From the NCBI GenBank assembly GCA_002256025.1, contig NKIB01012868.1, forward strand, positions 1-64,000: a stretch of 64,000 bases of DNA. The letters run 5' to 3'. Source of the stretch: Asterionella formosa (Eukaryota). The translations under genes were made by a program, and so were the position numbers. Below are positions 20,727 through 34,555 of the stretch, piece after piece. The notes under the pieces are model-generated. The model had not been told where the DNA came from. It made no database searches and saw only the letters and a program-made list of their open reading frames with translations. How positions within the stretch are numbered: position 1 is the stretch's first letter; each line of letters starts with the position of its first letter.

Positions 20727-23700
20727 GCTGTTGTTGTTGCTGCTGAAGATCAAACATATAATTGCCTCCTTCAGAGGTGGTTTGAACACTTTTGACATCC
20801 AGGCTTGTTGGATAAAACCCTTCCAAAGAGTTTTGTGAAACAAGCGGCATGTAAGACGAGCCCGAGAATGCAGCATTCGTGGGCTGGAAGTGTCTTACGT
20901 CAGCATTCTGTTGGTGCATCTGTGTAACCTGGTTGATGAATGGTGATGTAGAATGATTGACTTCAGTGTTTAGATAATGTGTTGCAGGACTCCTTGAGTT
21001 GTCATCATGTCGTTGGAGATTGTACAGACTATGATGACTGAACTTCCTATGGTCTCTCGGCTGCATGGTATCTTCGACGTGCTTCGCAGATACACTTTGC
21101 TGGTAGTGTGAGCTGCTTGTGACCCTCTTTGAGTATTGACTCATAGGAAACGGCAACCCCGCATCATCACTTATTGCAGGTGGGATAGTCATCCTCCTGT
21201 GAAAGTTCTCCCTACCTTTGGATTCGGCCTCGATCAGCAAAGCTGGAGTGGCATCGTCGTTGCAATTATCAGCACCAAACGCCCGTAGATTCTTATTTAT
21301 GATTGAAATATGATGCATGGTTCGTCGACGGATGACATTCATTTCTTGTCTGGGAGAATCTGTTCTCCTTTTTTTGGCAAATTGGAAGAGTACTTCACTC
21401 GTCTGACGAGAATGATTTGCCAGTACCGATTCAATTTCCTTTCTTAATTTCTGAAAAGGGTTGATTAGAATTGCCTTCGGTGCGATTCCTGCAGTCCCTG
21501 TTGACCTTAAAGAAGATACCGGCTCGTTTGACAATGATGACTGGAATTTCTCCTCGAGTCGTCTTGTTCCAGTTGGTATCTGTCTAAACAACATTGATGA
21601 AACATTTGCGTCGCTTTCTCGAGCTGACACTTTAATTTTAACTCCAATTTTTTTCTGGGACTCTCTCGTTTTCTGACGTTTCGCAGCTGCCACCATTTTC
21701 TTTGCTTCGCTCTGAACAGCTTCTAACTTTTTTCGAGCTTGTTCCACCTGCTCAGCTTTTTGAGCGGCACGACTGGCAGCAAGCTGTTTTTGCTGAGCAG
21801 CAATTGCTTCCTGTACTACTTTTTCCTTTGCTGCCGTAACTGCTTGCTGTTGCATCAACTTTTCATTTCGAAGTTGACGCTGCCTGCCGACACGCTTTGC
21901 ACATTCAAGTACCAAAGGGAACAAGTCAACCGTTTCAGCCGAAAACCAGCATCCACGTTTTTTACCTTGTTCAACGACAAAGTATTGCATGATTCCGCTC
22001 CCAGAATCTCGTTGACAACATTCAATAGTCTGGAGAACCCCTGACTTGGACGGTGTTACACGGCGCGCAAGACCTTCACAATAATTTATCGTCTTAACAT
22101 GGATTGCAAGCGTGTGAGCAGGAGAATTGATGCGATGGAGCTCATTGACAATGACAATACATACCGTTTTATCGAGGAAGGAATCAAGAACTCTGATCTG
22201 AATCACTAAATCCTCGAGAGAAATGCTATTCAGAACTCGCTTCCGCCAGATTTGTGACACCCCCACCTGCCCAACTTCATATGCCTTTAAGTACATCACA
22301 TTGGCGGCAGGGACAATTCCTGCATTTCTTCCTAGATACCTCATTTCCGAAGGCGAAAGTAAGCCTGCAGGCTCAAACAATTTTCGACCGGCTACGGGCC
22401 AGTTGCCTTCCTTTTCGAGAGGAATCTTGAGGAAGTTCTCAAGCTCAGCCAGTCTCTCTCTCCTGTGATCCTCTATTATTGATGCCATCTTTGGCGATCC
22501 GCCTGATCCATAAATACCATCGGTTGTCTTTCTGCGACCTGATCTTCTGGTCTTCTTATTCATTGATTGTTTCGGTACATTGGAAACGGTATTGCTGCAG
22601 GGACTTCCTTTTGTTACCTCTGTCTCAAGGCTTTGTATTAATGTGGAAGGCACCCTTTCTTCTCCAAATACTTTGTGATCAGGTAGTGGTTCAAGGTCTG
22701 TTTTGATGCCGGTAACCATTTTTCCTGATACCGGATCGCCATTAGTAAGTGACTCCGTAACAAGGCATTTTTCCTGCACCGACTCCACCCAACTGTTAGC
22801 CACGATGATCGTTTTCTGCTCTTTCCCAAGAGAGTCTGTTGAACATTCAATAGCCGGGGCCGTGTATTGTACACTTTGGTTGATGTTCATCTGATCGATT
22901 GTAATTGCACTGACAGCGTTTGCAGCTCCATCGCCAGGGACCATTGGTGTGTTCAATTTTCGCTTCTTTGTTCGTTGAGTCGTTCGACCTCTAAAATGCT
23001 CGCAGACGCCGTCAATCACACCATCCAAATCATTTGTCTCAGAAGCCAACAACGATAGAAAGCTAGACATAGGACATCGCTGCCACTTACGCACTCGCTT
23101 TTCACCAGCCGCAGACCAATCCTCAGCCATTGGGAGGAACCTCGTTTTGTTGTCTGGATTGGATTGAGTTAAAGTTGGGTCATTTTTCACCCGTCCATTC
23201 GGTGGTGCATTCCAGTCATCAACGAAAGCGCGAGGATGGATTGCGTCGACAAGGCGAACGAGAAGCATTGCTAATTTAGTGATTGATTGGCATTTTCTTA
23301 CATTCAGGGTCCAAATATCCACCTTCAATTGCTTATTTCTCGTTCCCCAAAATTCGTTCAGCAGCAGTGCTCGCCTCAAACTTGACTCCAGCCTTTCCAT
23401 GTACCCCACCATGATTCGATAGGGGTTGAAGAGTGAAGTCGAAGAGCTCAGAGCCAACACAAGATTAGCGTCTCGAGACATATCAGCGTCCATGACATTC
23501 GATAGGCTTCGTGTGTCTACGATACCGCATTCTGATTCGAAATCCGAATTCATGATGATTGCTTGCCTCACCGCCGACCCAGTTTTGATGACATTGGGCA
23601 CAGATGCCACGCGATATTGGCTCAAATATCGAGATGGGTCAAACCTGTCTGCATCTTTAAAAAATTCCGTCACAGAACCGATCTCACGGTCCTTGCTTCC

Positions 23701-26700
23701 CCATACCTGCATTGCACTATGTGGAACTTGGTTCAGGGGCCATTCGAGAAATATTTGCTGCCCAAGCTTCTTCATGACTTTTAAAAGAAGTGATTGTGAC
23801 ATCATGCCGTGCTCAGTGCACCTTGACTTAAGATTCGCCAACGACATTGCACTAAGGTACTGTGTACTTTCTGTCGTGCTTGCTTTCTTTGCGAAGACAA
23901 AACCATGAACTACGAGAAACTTGAAGTTTGCAGATATGTCATCGCGCTTAGATACCGCGTCGGGAGCATTGGCGTACTTCGAAATAAATGAGGTTGAGCA
24001 GTAATTTTCTTGTGCCATGGCAACCAACGGCTTTGTAAGTAACTCTGTGGTCGGCACGGAAGAATTCTCCACGAGGCCTTGTGATATTGAAAGCACACGT
24101 GATGGTCCCAATAAGGAACTGTTTTGTGGATGCACAGGAAGATGCATTTCGTGCAATACATTGGAATCTTGTAATGGAGAAAGTAACATCCGTTGCGCGT
24201 CACTCAAGCTCGCAGAACGGATCGCTTGTACGTCATCAATGGTAAACCAGTCGACAGCAGCTTTCTTGCCGCCCCTGAGTGATCCAAAATTGGCTGAGTC
24301 CACGATCTCGCACTCCGGGCATAGCCACTTTCCAGGAGGTAATTCTGTGCGTTCGGATATACTCAGACACTTCCTGTGATAACTGCGCGGGCAGCCATCA
24401 CAACACAAGAGATCACCCTCATGTCCACAGACTACGCAGTCGTCACCATTTTCGAGGGACTCAAACTCATGGGCGCTAGGCTTCGCTCCATAAGGATAAG
24501 AATAACAACCGCCAATAAGATGCCGTCGAGTAAATTCAGCGGCAAATACATCGACTGCCAAGAGTTCATCGATGAGAAATTCCATAATCTGAAGTTTCTG
24601 TTCAAGTGGCAACCGATGATAGGGAGTTCCATGGCGCATCGGCTTTATTGGATCGAATTGTGGCCATAAATTGTTGTCGGTGTAATCGTTGAAACTTTCT
24701 GGGTTCCCAGAACTATTGACCGTTGGGGGCGTTCCCATATATTCCTTCGCCGTTCTCTCGAAAAACGAGTTCATCGAGGCAATAACCTCGTTCGCTTCTT
24801 CATCCAGGACATCGCTGCTACCAAAGTGATTTGGACTTGCACAATCGATCTTGTCAATTATGCCCTCCAGAATCAATCTCACTTCGTCCTTGGCGCTACT
24901 AATCATGAGTTCTTTGTCCTTTTTAATTCGATCGTTAGTTGATGTCAATTCCTCAGAGCACAAAATCAACGGACACGCGACAACTGAAACCTTGTTGACA
25001 AGTTCGGCAATAACTAAACGAACTTCTTCCATGGTGGACTCCTTTGGCGTGCCTAACTTAGCCGTTGAATCGCCAATCGCGAGCATGAAATCTGGATTGT
25101 CTCCTTGAAGTGGTGAATTCGATGGCGCATTGGGTGTTTGATTTGCAGCGCAGCCATCGATCAATTCTGTATTGAAATCGTCTCGCGAGGGGTGAGTTGC
25201 ATTTGAAGTATCCTGATGTAGCTTGATAAAATTGTGAATTGTATCTGCAATCGCTACTGGTATTGGGATCCCATTTGGTTTACGTGCATCCAGTTTGAAA
25301 CGGGGAACAACAACTTTTGGCAAATATATAGGTCGCGATGGGAGAGAAGCCTGAAGTGACGGTGGACACGACACGGAGAATGGATGAACACTTGGAGTCG
25401 GCATACTCGAAAAATTGATTGAGGGCTGAACACCGCCATACGGCAATGCTGAAGCCGGATCTATTGCGTACAGTGTAACTGCATTTCCTTCGTGTCCGTA
25501 CGAGAAATGGGGCAAGCACTTCACCTTTCGAGGAGGTGATGTGCTATCCCCAGAAATAAAACGTGAAGCGCCGCCGGTAATTTCTTTCGCCACCGGAACT
25601 TTGATCACTTGACCTATTGAAGCCGCCGCGAAATCTTTCGAAAGCTGTGAGTTCTTCGTTGTTGTATTACTCACAAGGGGAGCTTGAATTTGTTCACTGT
25701 GTTGAATAATAGGGTTCACGGGTGCCTGTGGTTTTCGCGCTGAAGAGCTCGACACTAACTTCTGCGGGGAGATTTTTTCATAGGAATAGAATGGACTTTG
25801 ATTAGAAATTTGAGGTGTTTTAAAAACAGAAGATGGAGCAGTAGACACAGCACGCCAAGCTAATGCGTTTTGAGCTGCATACCAAACTCCATTTTCAACT
25901 TCTTCAACATCATGCACTCGCGAGCTAGATACAAGTTGCACCTTTCTCTTTCGTGATTTCACCTGGGGCTGTACCAACTTTGTTCTGGATGGCCTTGCAG
26001 GGTACTCATCGTCCTCGTTGTTTTCTTCGTGCTCGTCGTCAAAGTCGTTTTGGTCGTTGTCCGATTCGGAGCTTTCTTGGTCCACTTCCACATGTTTCGA
26101 TGTTCTTCTCCTTGACAAAAAATGTGGAGGCTTTTTACGAGTTATCCCCTCCCGCTGCGTACTTTTTTGTTGTTCTAATTGCATTTTAGTCGCTCGAGTC
26201 GGCAATAAACCAAATCTCGATCTGGAAATCTTTAGCGGCGGTGCTTCAACTTTGTGCTCCGAGTATTCCTCCTCCTCCTTCGCATCATCATCTTCTTCGA
26301 TGACTAGTTCCGACTCTTCTATCATTCTTTCAGTATTTTCGTCGTCACTATCAACTTGTTTTTCGTCCTCGAGTTCATTCCGTAGTGCCAGTAATCTGTG
26401 GTCCATGTGCAACTCTGAATCGCTTAAGTGGGCATGAAGAACATCAGCAGTCAAATGTACATAGTCGTCGTAGAACAGGGGCCAAGAGAAAGAGTCAAGA
26501 TAAGTCAGATTATCCCCTGCTCTCAGTTCCAATCGGTGCCCATCAATTTTGCGTCGCTTGATGTTCCCAGCATAGCCCCCTCGTTGTCGGAATGTGTATC
26601 CCATGTTTAGTGATGGCAAAAGTACCCTGAGCAATGCCACATGTATTTGTCCCAGCAAACGTGAAGGATAGGGTAGATGCAATGCTCTTAGAAAAACATT

Positions 26701-27024
26701 TGGTGTAAACGGAGAGATTCGCAACTCCACACTTAGCGTTCGCAGTAAGGAGTACGCCGCCAATGCTCTGAATGCCAGTGCAGGCGGAAATCCTTCTGGG
26801 AGCCTTGACGCAGCTAGATGCTCAGGACCCTGCAAATCGTTCAAACTCCTTGGAACATAGGATTTCTTCCAGTCTTGGATAGGCCTCAGCTTTCTTTTTC
26901 GTTTCTTGAGATTTCTAGGACCAAACAACGGCACCGTTGGTGGCCCAGCTACCTGGTTTATTAACGCATCGGTCATATTCTCGTTGTAATCCCTGTTAAA
27001 TTCAGATTCTGTTCTGTTGTTCAT
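20308..27024 (-). CDS. DDT-domain and PHD-finger chromatin protein (PTM/BPTF-like); probable 72-nt intron 22164-22093
   Basis: DDT-like ALAAYSLLRTLSVELRISPFT...LGQIHVALLRVL...LDSFSWP. PHD ENGDDCVVCGHEGDLLCCDGCPRSYHRKC..WLCPEC. Gln-rich C-terminus. Confidence 0.88.
20665..20745 (-). repeat. Coding CAA/CAG microsatellite (27 Gln)
   Basis: 81-nt (ctg/ttg)n run on the + strand. Confidence 0.95.
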
Positions 27025-28448
27025 CCAATGACATCCACGCTATTCGGGAACGGGAACAATACAGCTTCGATCGATAAGGGCTGTTGGCAACGCTTGGCAA
27101 AACAACGATCAAAGTGCTTTGCATTTGTATTCTTCTCTCTCCTATTCATTTCATTTACCCCTTAGCAATGCTTGCTTTGTACGTACGTTACACAGATTAT
27201 ACATCATAGAATACCACGGGCGGAGGCAGGAGTAATTAGTTGGGACTGCCTTCCTATATACCGGTACTACCTAAGCGGCATACCGGTACATGGCACCACT
27301 ACCATATTAGAAGAGTCACGAGAATTGTGGACTCGATTATAGTCCAATGAATCAAATGGAGCTTTCCCATGTCAAGGAACTAGCTAATGAGATTGATGTT
27401 TCAGATCAATCAGAATTAGGTTCGCATCAACGAAAAGGGAAAAAACGAAGAACAGATTATCAAAGTGTGATGAATGGGATTGAAACTAGGTTTTTAGAGT
27501 AAGCTTATTAATTTAGTAAGAGAAACAGTAATGAGAATTGACCACAGAGAAAGGTCAATAGCGAAAACAAGCAAGAAGGCTATCAATGATAGGTATAAGT
27601 ACTAGTACTACAAAAGGTAAGGTCTACTTAAGGAGATACACGCACGCAGTAAGGAGTATAAAGCTTTCAACATGCTAAGGATCTAAAGCATACTCACAAT
27701 GGCCTGATGATGAGGCATCAATTTTTTTAGCAATTAGCTACTAGAATCCAAGACATGCAACACTTCTTGACAAATGAATTGAGATGCTTACTTATTGACA
27801 AGTGAATAAGATTCTCACTTATTGTCAAATGAATATGCGACGTTAACTATTGTCAAAGCAAGGAAGACCATACAAGATCAAGGAAACTGTGAAATGTCTT
27901 GCTTGTTAAGGATTACATGCTGCTGAGTAATCAGGCAAGATCATGACTAGATAGACAATTAACAGATAGCTCACAATACTACAAAGTGTAAATTGAAATA
28001 CGTTTTCAGCGTAAGTGATCTAATAGTATAAGATCAGTGATATTTCAACTAGACAATTTAACAAACATGGACCAAACATAGTGATTCCATTTCAACATGT
28101 TCCTGCCTGGTCCGCAATTTTTGCACCTGCTTCCACATTAGCATGCTCCTGCTGTTCCACAATTCTAAACTACCAATAGCATTAGCTACTCAAACAATCT
28201 AAATATAGCTAGTTCTGTTAGTTATTACATCAATATTATTATTTCAACAGCATTTTCAGTTTACTTTGTTTGTTCATAGAAATTATAGATGAAAGCTGCA
28301 AATAGTATTTGCGGTCGTTTATAAAGAAATTATTTTATTGGATCTTGCACAAAGTATTGTTAGTTTGCCCAAAAAACTATGTGGGTCTCTAAAATAAAAT
28401 ATGGAAGTTGTCGAAACTAATTTAGTTCAATCCTATTGTATATAAAAG

Positions 28449-28827
28449 TTGAATCACTTATAACGCGCTTTCTGAGACCTCGTGGTTACACGTGGTTTTT
28501 CACAGCACAGCACAGCCTGCCAACAAGACCTGTGCTTCTTCCCTAGTTTAGTGTAGGTGAGTCCCTAACCATCTTTCTCGAAAGGTGATCATCTTAGCCG
28601 CAGCATTAGGGGAAACTCCGAATGCCTAGTAGGAATGTGGCACAAGTTGCTTGTAGGGGGACAACCCACTTTTCCTTGCACACCAGGCAAGACCGTGCGG
28701 GACGCCGGTAAGGAGTGTGGGAATGGAACCCAACAATTACTTCTCAAAAAATTGCGTGAATCGAACCACACAACCTCAAATGAAATGTACCCAACCAACT
28801 ATTCCATTATCCACTCCTATCATGTAT
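28449..28827 (-). mobile_element. tRNA-derived SINE, copy 1
   Basis: Homologous to 36423-36787 over its whole length; degenerate B box GGTTCGATTC on the minus strand. Confidence 0.75.
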
Positions 28828-28893
28828 AAAGGATAGTATGTTTTAAACCCCATTCGTACTCCCCTATTGTTTTCTAGGCAAATTTTTCACACA

Positions 28894-29225
28894 TGCCGAC
28901 AAGACCTGTGCTTCCCTAGTTTTGTTAGAGTAAGTGATGCCCCAGCTACCTTTCGCGACAGGTGATCATATAAGCCGCAGAGTTCTTAGGGGAAACTCCG
29001 ACCGCCTAGGAAGGCGGCACAAGCTGCTTCTAGAAGGCAACCCACTATTCTTGCACACCAGTCAAGACCGTGCAGGACGGTAAGGAGTGTGGGAGTCGAA
29101 CCCAACAATTGCATCTGAAAAAAATTGCGGGAATCGAACTTCACAACCTTAGATCAAAGGAACCTTAGATCAAAGGCAACATGCTAAACCACTACTAAAC
29201 CATTCCCTCACTCCTATCATGTATA
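28894..29225 (-). mobile_element. tRNA-derived SINE, copy 2 (3'-truncated)
   Basis: Homologous to copy 1. Two B-box motifs (GTTCGATTCC, GGTTCGACTCC) and an internal 16-nt duplication aaccttagatcaaagg. Confidence 0.75.
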
Positions 29226-30199
29226 TTTCATGATGCATCATTTTTGTTATGTAATGTCATAGTACCCTTTAATTATGTATGTAGCCGCCTAATTCACCAT
29301 ATTGGGCGACCCAAATAATTAATTTGGGTGAACACAAATGACAAGCGTTTTTTCTAAGCGTTTTTTCTAAGCGTTTTTTCTGGCGGCTGTACCAATAATT
29401 GGTGTTGTATGGCTGGGTGCAATTTCTGGGGCAACAAGGTAGACCCCAGAGACCTAGCTAGTATTACTAGCAAAAACCCTGACCCTACTTCATATAATAT
29501 TTTGCGCCTTAAAACCCTTTTTAAAATCACATTGACCATGTTGGAATTATTCTGTTAGTTTACTCAACAAAATAACAACCTCCCGCGCCGCTTGATTTAT
29601 CAGTATCTCCGCCATGAGCAGTGCTACCGGTAAACGCATCAAATGGCGCAGGAACACACGATCTGGGGTGCTTATCTATGACCTATTTAGTGTTGAGCAA
29701 GGAAAATCCAAGCCTACATGACCAATGAATTCACGTGCAAAAGCTCTTAAGCTTGATAGTGAGCTCTCTGGAGCCGAAACTGTACAGGAATGCCTCAAAT
29801 ACGGTCTTTAGCAGTTACAATGAAGCTACTTCAACAATTTCACAACCATGCATCGCTGTGCAATTCACTTCGATTTCAAGTTCATCATTAATAAACTCAA
29901 CCATGACAACAACAAGATTGGATGGTAAAATTATTTAAATTTATACATGAAATTTATTCATATGTATTTTTTTATTTACAAAATTTTACTTAAGCTAAAA
30001 TTATGTTGTACTGCTACAGTGGCTACCTAATGCAGTTTCAGGATGCAACCAGCAGCCATAGATGGATATGATGCTAGCTATTTGCACCTGATTTCATCAT
30101 TAGCATAACCAGCCAGATCATCTTCAAGAGTCACTGTCTATCATCTACAGAGCTATGTGATGATAAAATGGAAATCTACAAATATATCAACATGGGCGC

Positions 30200-30870
30200 A
30201 GGACTCACACACGAGTAACCAGTCGAACAAAAGAAAAAACTAAGGGCCTGCTCCATGCAACGCACAGAAAATAGAATTTGATTCTCTCCTGGAAGGAATG
30301 AAGCAGGCAAACATGCTGGTAATCAGCAAGGAACTATTATAAAAAAAGCAGAAACAAGGTTAATCCTTAGATCAAGAGTTTGTATCAATTCTTCATTGAC
30401 TGGGCAAAGAACAAGAGTCACCATCCGGCATCAAATTAATTAAAAGATGATAATGGATATCAACAAAGACACAGCATTATTGGCTCAGCACACACAAGCA
30501 ACCAGGCAAACAAAGAGCCACGCACCACACAACATGAAATAAAGTTTGATTCTCTCCTAGAAGGAATGACGCAGGCAGATATGCTGGTAATCAGCGATGA
30601 ATTATAATGAAAAGAAAGACAAGCAAAAACAAGTTCAATCATCAGATCATGAGTTTGCATTGATTCTAAATCAACCAGTAGGCAAACAACAAGAGTCTCT
30701 ATACAGCATCAAAGTAACTACAAGAGGACGATAATGGAAATTGACAAAGACATCATATTACTAGTTCAGCACACATTAGCAACCATCGGGCAAATGAAGA
30801 GCCGCCACACAACATGAAATAGATTTTGATTCACTCCTTCAAGGATTGAAGCAAACATGCATGGTGAATA
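30200..30870. repeat. Diverged ~270-bp tandem repeat (about 2.5 units)
   Basis: tttgattc(t/a)ctcct...aagga recurs at ~30277, ~30545 and ~30825, with flanking similarity (aacaagagtc, gataatgga, cagcacaca). Confidence 0.75.
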
Positions 30871-31246
30871 GTGAAACAAACTTAGATACATATATTCTTC
30901 ACAGCTCCAACAACAAGTTGAAAGAATGATTGCACACCAAGAGATATCGCGCCAAACATCAGTGTGGACTAATCAGCCACAACAAGCGAGGAAATAAAAG
31001 AATCAAATCCTGCACTTTTAGCACCATTTTGATCCATACTCTTATTCAAGAGAGTGTAAAACCACAATTCCCAGCATCAGCACCAGAAGTCACCACGTTG
31101 CAGCAGAGCTGTGTTACACCTGGGAACAATAATCTTTTGACCCTCATAATGGTTAACAAATTGAATCAAGGAAAGAAGCAGAGGAATTTGGAACATGCCT
31201 AGTCATTCTATGGTGAACATGAACAGTATAGGATGGTGAAGTCACG

Positions 31247-31362
31247 TACCGGTATGACCAAGATTTATGTACATACGTGCCCGAACTTGAGTGAACACCG
31301 GTAGATGATTTATGGGAGGCAGTATACTGCTACCCTGGTACCAGGTATGTCCCTGGTACCGG
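31247..31362. repeat. TA-CC(W)GG-TA units upstream of DnaJ
   Basis: taccggta, taccctggtaccaggta, ggtaccgg. Confidence 0.7.
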
Positions 31363-31507
31363 CAATATGAAATATACATTTTCAACAGAGAATGTAATAA
31401 ATTTTTATGTAATAAGAGGACACATTATAAATAGTAGAAGTGAAGAATTGGCAACTGTATTTCTCGTCGTCCGGCGGCAAATGCTTTCGTCGTGATCTGG
31501 TCAGCAC

Positions 31508-32089
31508 ATGATGATTTCTATTCGTTCCGGCAAGATGCAGTCTAATAATAAGAACAGAGCAAGTTTTCTTATCATATCGATGCTCTTATTCGTTTTTCCC
31601 ACCGAAGCACACCGCAGCCAAGATAAAACGTCGCGAAAAAACTACTACAACATTCTTGGCATCAAGAAACGAGCCAACCAGCGGGAAGTAAAATTGGCAT
31701 ATCGCAAGCTTGCTCTACAGTACCATCCAGACAAGAATGACGACAAGCGACAAGCAGAGAATATGTTTTTTCTCGCTACGCAAGCCTACCGCATACTCAT
31801 CGACGAGGATAAGCGAAAAATTTATGACAAGTACGGAAACGAAGGAATTGAATTGTGGGAACTTGGTGAGGATGACTTTCAAAATAAATGGTGGATGCAT
31901 CCACGGTTTGGTTGGGCTTATCGCTTGACGAAAAAGATATGTGAATGGAGATACAAGGCCTACATTGCTCTCTATAGATTTCAAACGTCGCTTGCCACTA
32001 GGAAGACTTGGTGGAGAGAAAAGTTTCGAATGTTCAAGGAAGCACAACGCGAGGCAAAGCAGTTGAGGCTACAACACCTACAACCTTGA
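31508..32089 (+). CDS. Secretory-pathway J-domain (DnaJ) protein
   Basis: Signal peptide (..VFPTEA), NYYNILG, HPDKN, RKIYDKYG. Start may be 31535. Confidence 0.88.
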   Translation: MMISIRSGKMQSNNKNRASFLIISMLLFVFPTEAHRSQDKTSRKNYYNILGIKKRANQREVKLAYRKLALQYHPDKNDDKRQAENMFFLATQAYRILIDEDKRKIYDKYGNEGIELWELGEDDFQNKWWMHPRFGWAYRLTKKICEWRYKAYIALYRFQTSLATRKTWWREKFRMFKEAQREAKQLRLQHLQP

Positions 32090-32292
32090 TGGTGTTGTTT
32101 GACTTAACCTTGACGTACAATTTGGAGTTAGCAAACAAGACAACAATCCTTTATACTGAAGCAACAATCAGACCGAACAAGCGCAATAAAACTGTTTCTT
32201 CATTGGAAACTTGTATCGAGAAACTGATTGGATCTGCAAAAATATTTGTCGTATTCTATGCCTATCTGCTGTTATTGAAGGACCATCGGGGT

Positions 32293-34555
32293 CTACTCTG
32301 TGTCGGCAGTCGATGGCACAGTGCTCCCTTCACGTGAGGCACTTGTTCCAATGACGGGGCGACCACTTTCCTCTGACGAAAGCACCTTAATAGTAACTGC
32401 TACATCTTGCACAACAATCTCTTCTCTTCTAAACTTTTCCAGGGCACGTTGCACCGCCTTTGGCGATTCAAAACGAATAAGACCAAAACCCCTTGAGTTT
32501 GAGGAAACGGCTGCGTCGTCAATTTCACCAAATTCACTGAACCCTGCCACGAGATCGCGCGTTGTTACTGTCTTACGCATTCCAGTGACAATTATTGACA
32601 CTTCGTCAAGGTCTGAGGCAAGCTGTAGCCCCAGTAATGCAGCGCATTCATGAATTGTCTGCGATGCCAGATCCGGGCCCATAACGCCATGGCGAACACT
32701 AGACACCATTTTATTCAAAGTCTCTTGCATAAATCCTCGTCTGCGTGACAACAATGTCATGGATTAATAACAGGTTGCATTCTGCCAAATGTACTCCAAT
32801 TATTGCAAAAACTTACCTCTCCTCAATTGTAGCTCCTTCTTCGCGTTTCATCCAATCGTATACTTCGCTAAGTGCAGTGGCCTCAATTTCAGTTGGGTCG
32901 CCTTGTCCGCCCCAATACAAGTTGTTTCGGTCGATTAGGCTCTCTTCGTCATCTAGCAAAGCTTTTGTCATTGCTTGACTCATCATCCCGTCCACCCCCC
33001 TGACATTACCTTCTATTTCATTTCTCATCTTTTCCAAGTTCTGATCCTTGTATTGGTCGAATTCGTCGGCCAAATAGTGAGTGTTGTCTTCTTCATCCCC
33101 GGAATCGCCCCCCAAATCATTACCTGCCGACAGCAGTGATTGATTTGAAAGCAAAGAGTCGTTTGGAGATATCAATTCACCCATGTTGCCATCATTCCTT
33201 GGGCTGGCAAAGGGGTCTCGAAAGGCGCTGGATGCATTAACTCGATAGTTCAGGGGGCTGCTGTCTTTGGTGTAATTATCATTCAAGGATTGGCGAAGTG
33301 CTGAAACCGCTGCCGCCTCAGCTTCCAGTTTCGATCGTCGCTTTCGCATGCAGTAAGAAAGGAAGATGATTAGCAGAACAACTGCCGCACCACTTCCAAA
33401 TGCTACGACAGCAATAACTGCGTAGCTCAATCCACTGCTAGGTGCAGCCGTGGGACGCAGACTTGGCGCGTAAGTTGGTTCGATTGTCATTACACTTGGA
33501 ATGAAAGAAGGCTGTGATATTGAAGGAAACGATGAAGGATGTTCAGATGGAACCTTAGATGGCGCAGGAGATGGAGCACTGGTTGGGAACAACGACGGAG
33601 GATTGGTTGGAGCCTCGTTCACCCAAATAATGAATGGTTGAAGAGACTCACTTATATTTAATCCCGCTGCTTGCATGTTCTGTGTTAGATTCAACAAGTT
33701 CATGTTGCTTATGAGCAGAAAAAAACGTTCTGGAAATGTTGAGACATTGACGTACATCGACCAGTATGTAAGTGAAAATTCTACCTGAACGAAGGATGCG
33801 ACAACTTCGCTCACTGTCTGATCCAATTTTCTGTTTCGACCCGAAGAATTCTGTAAGGTCCGAGACAGCGTCGAATTCACGGATGGTGACGACGTTGGCG
33901 TCGGAGTTGAGAATATCTGTCCTTGCTCGAGGCGTTGATATTCGAACCCGCAGAGTGAGTAAATGAGATCTGGGTCAGCTTCAACTTGTGCCGCAATATC
34001 ATCAGTATAGCTTTCCATGACCATTCCGAAAATTTCTTGCTCTAGCTCGTCAAAAAGCATATTATCATTGACTAGAAACCGTTGGCTAAAGCCTGCTGAA
34101 TCTCTGCTCTCCACCACAAAGCTTGGGTAAGGGGTGGGCACTTCCGAGGGAAGCATCGACTGTATGTAAGATGGTGAGGATGATGCCTTATTCGATGGCT
34201 TGGATGTTGTACTTGGTAAATTTGAAGGCGAAGAGGTCGGCGCTGGCGAATCCGTAGGTTGTTGCGAGGGGAGAAAAGTGGTTGTGGAGATGGTCGTTGA
34301 CTGAATGGTGTTTGATGGAATTGAACTTTGTCCATGTGTTGGGTAATGAGTAGGGTGATCCGATGGTCTCACTGTTGGATACTTCGTCGGTCGCCGTGTA
34401 GGAACTACAGACGGAGACACACCGGTCGATGGGGGTGATACAGGTGACGGTTGTAAAACAGCGGGCGCGCTAGTTGGTGCTAGTGCTGATGATGTGGAAG
34501 CGAAGATCAGAGATATCAAGAACACCATCCAGAATTTATGGTTACGCGTATGCAT
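32293..34555 (-). CDS. Type I membrane protein: Pro/Ser/Thr-rich ectodomain, one TM, cytosolic RRM; exons 34555-32817, 32740-32293
   Basis: Signal peptide FWMVFLISLIFASTSSA, PTxxPS repeats, TM followed by RKRR. Intron 32816-32741 (GTAAGT...GCAG) links to an RRM (IIVTGM; SRGFGLIRF). Confidence 0.82.
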
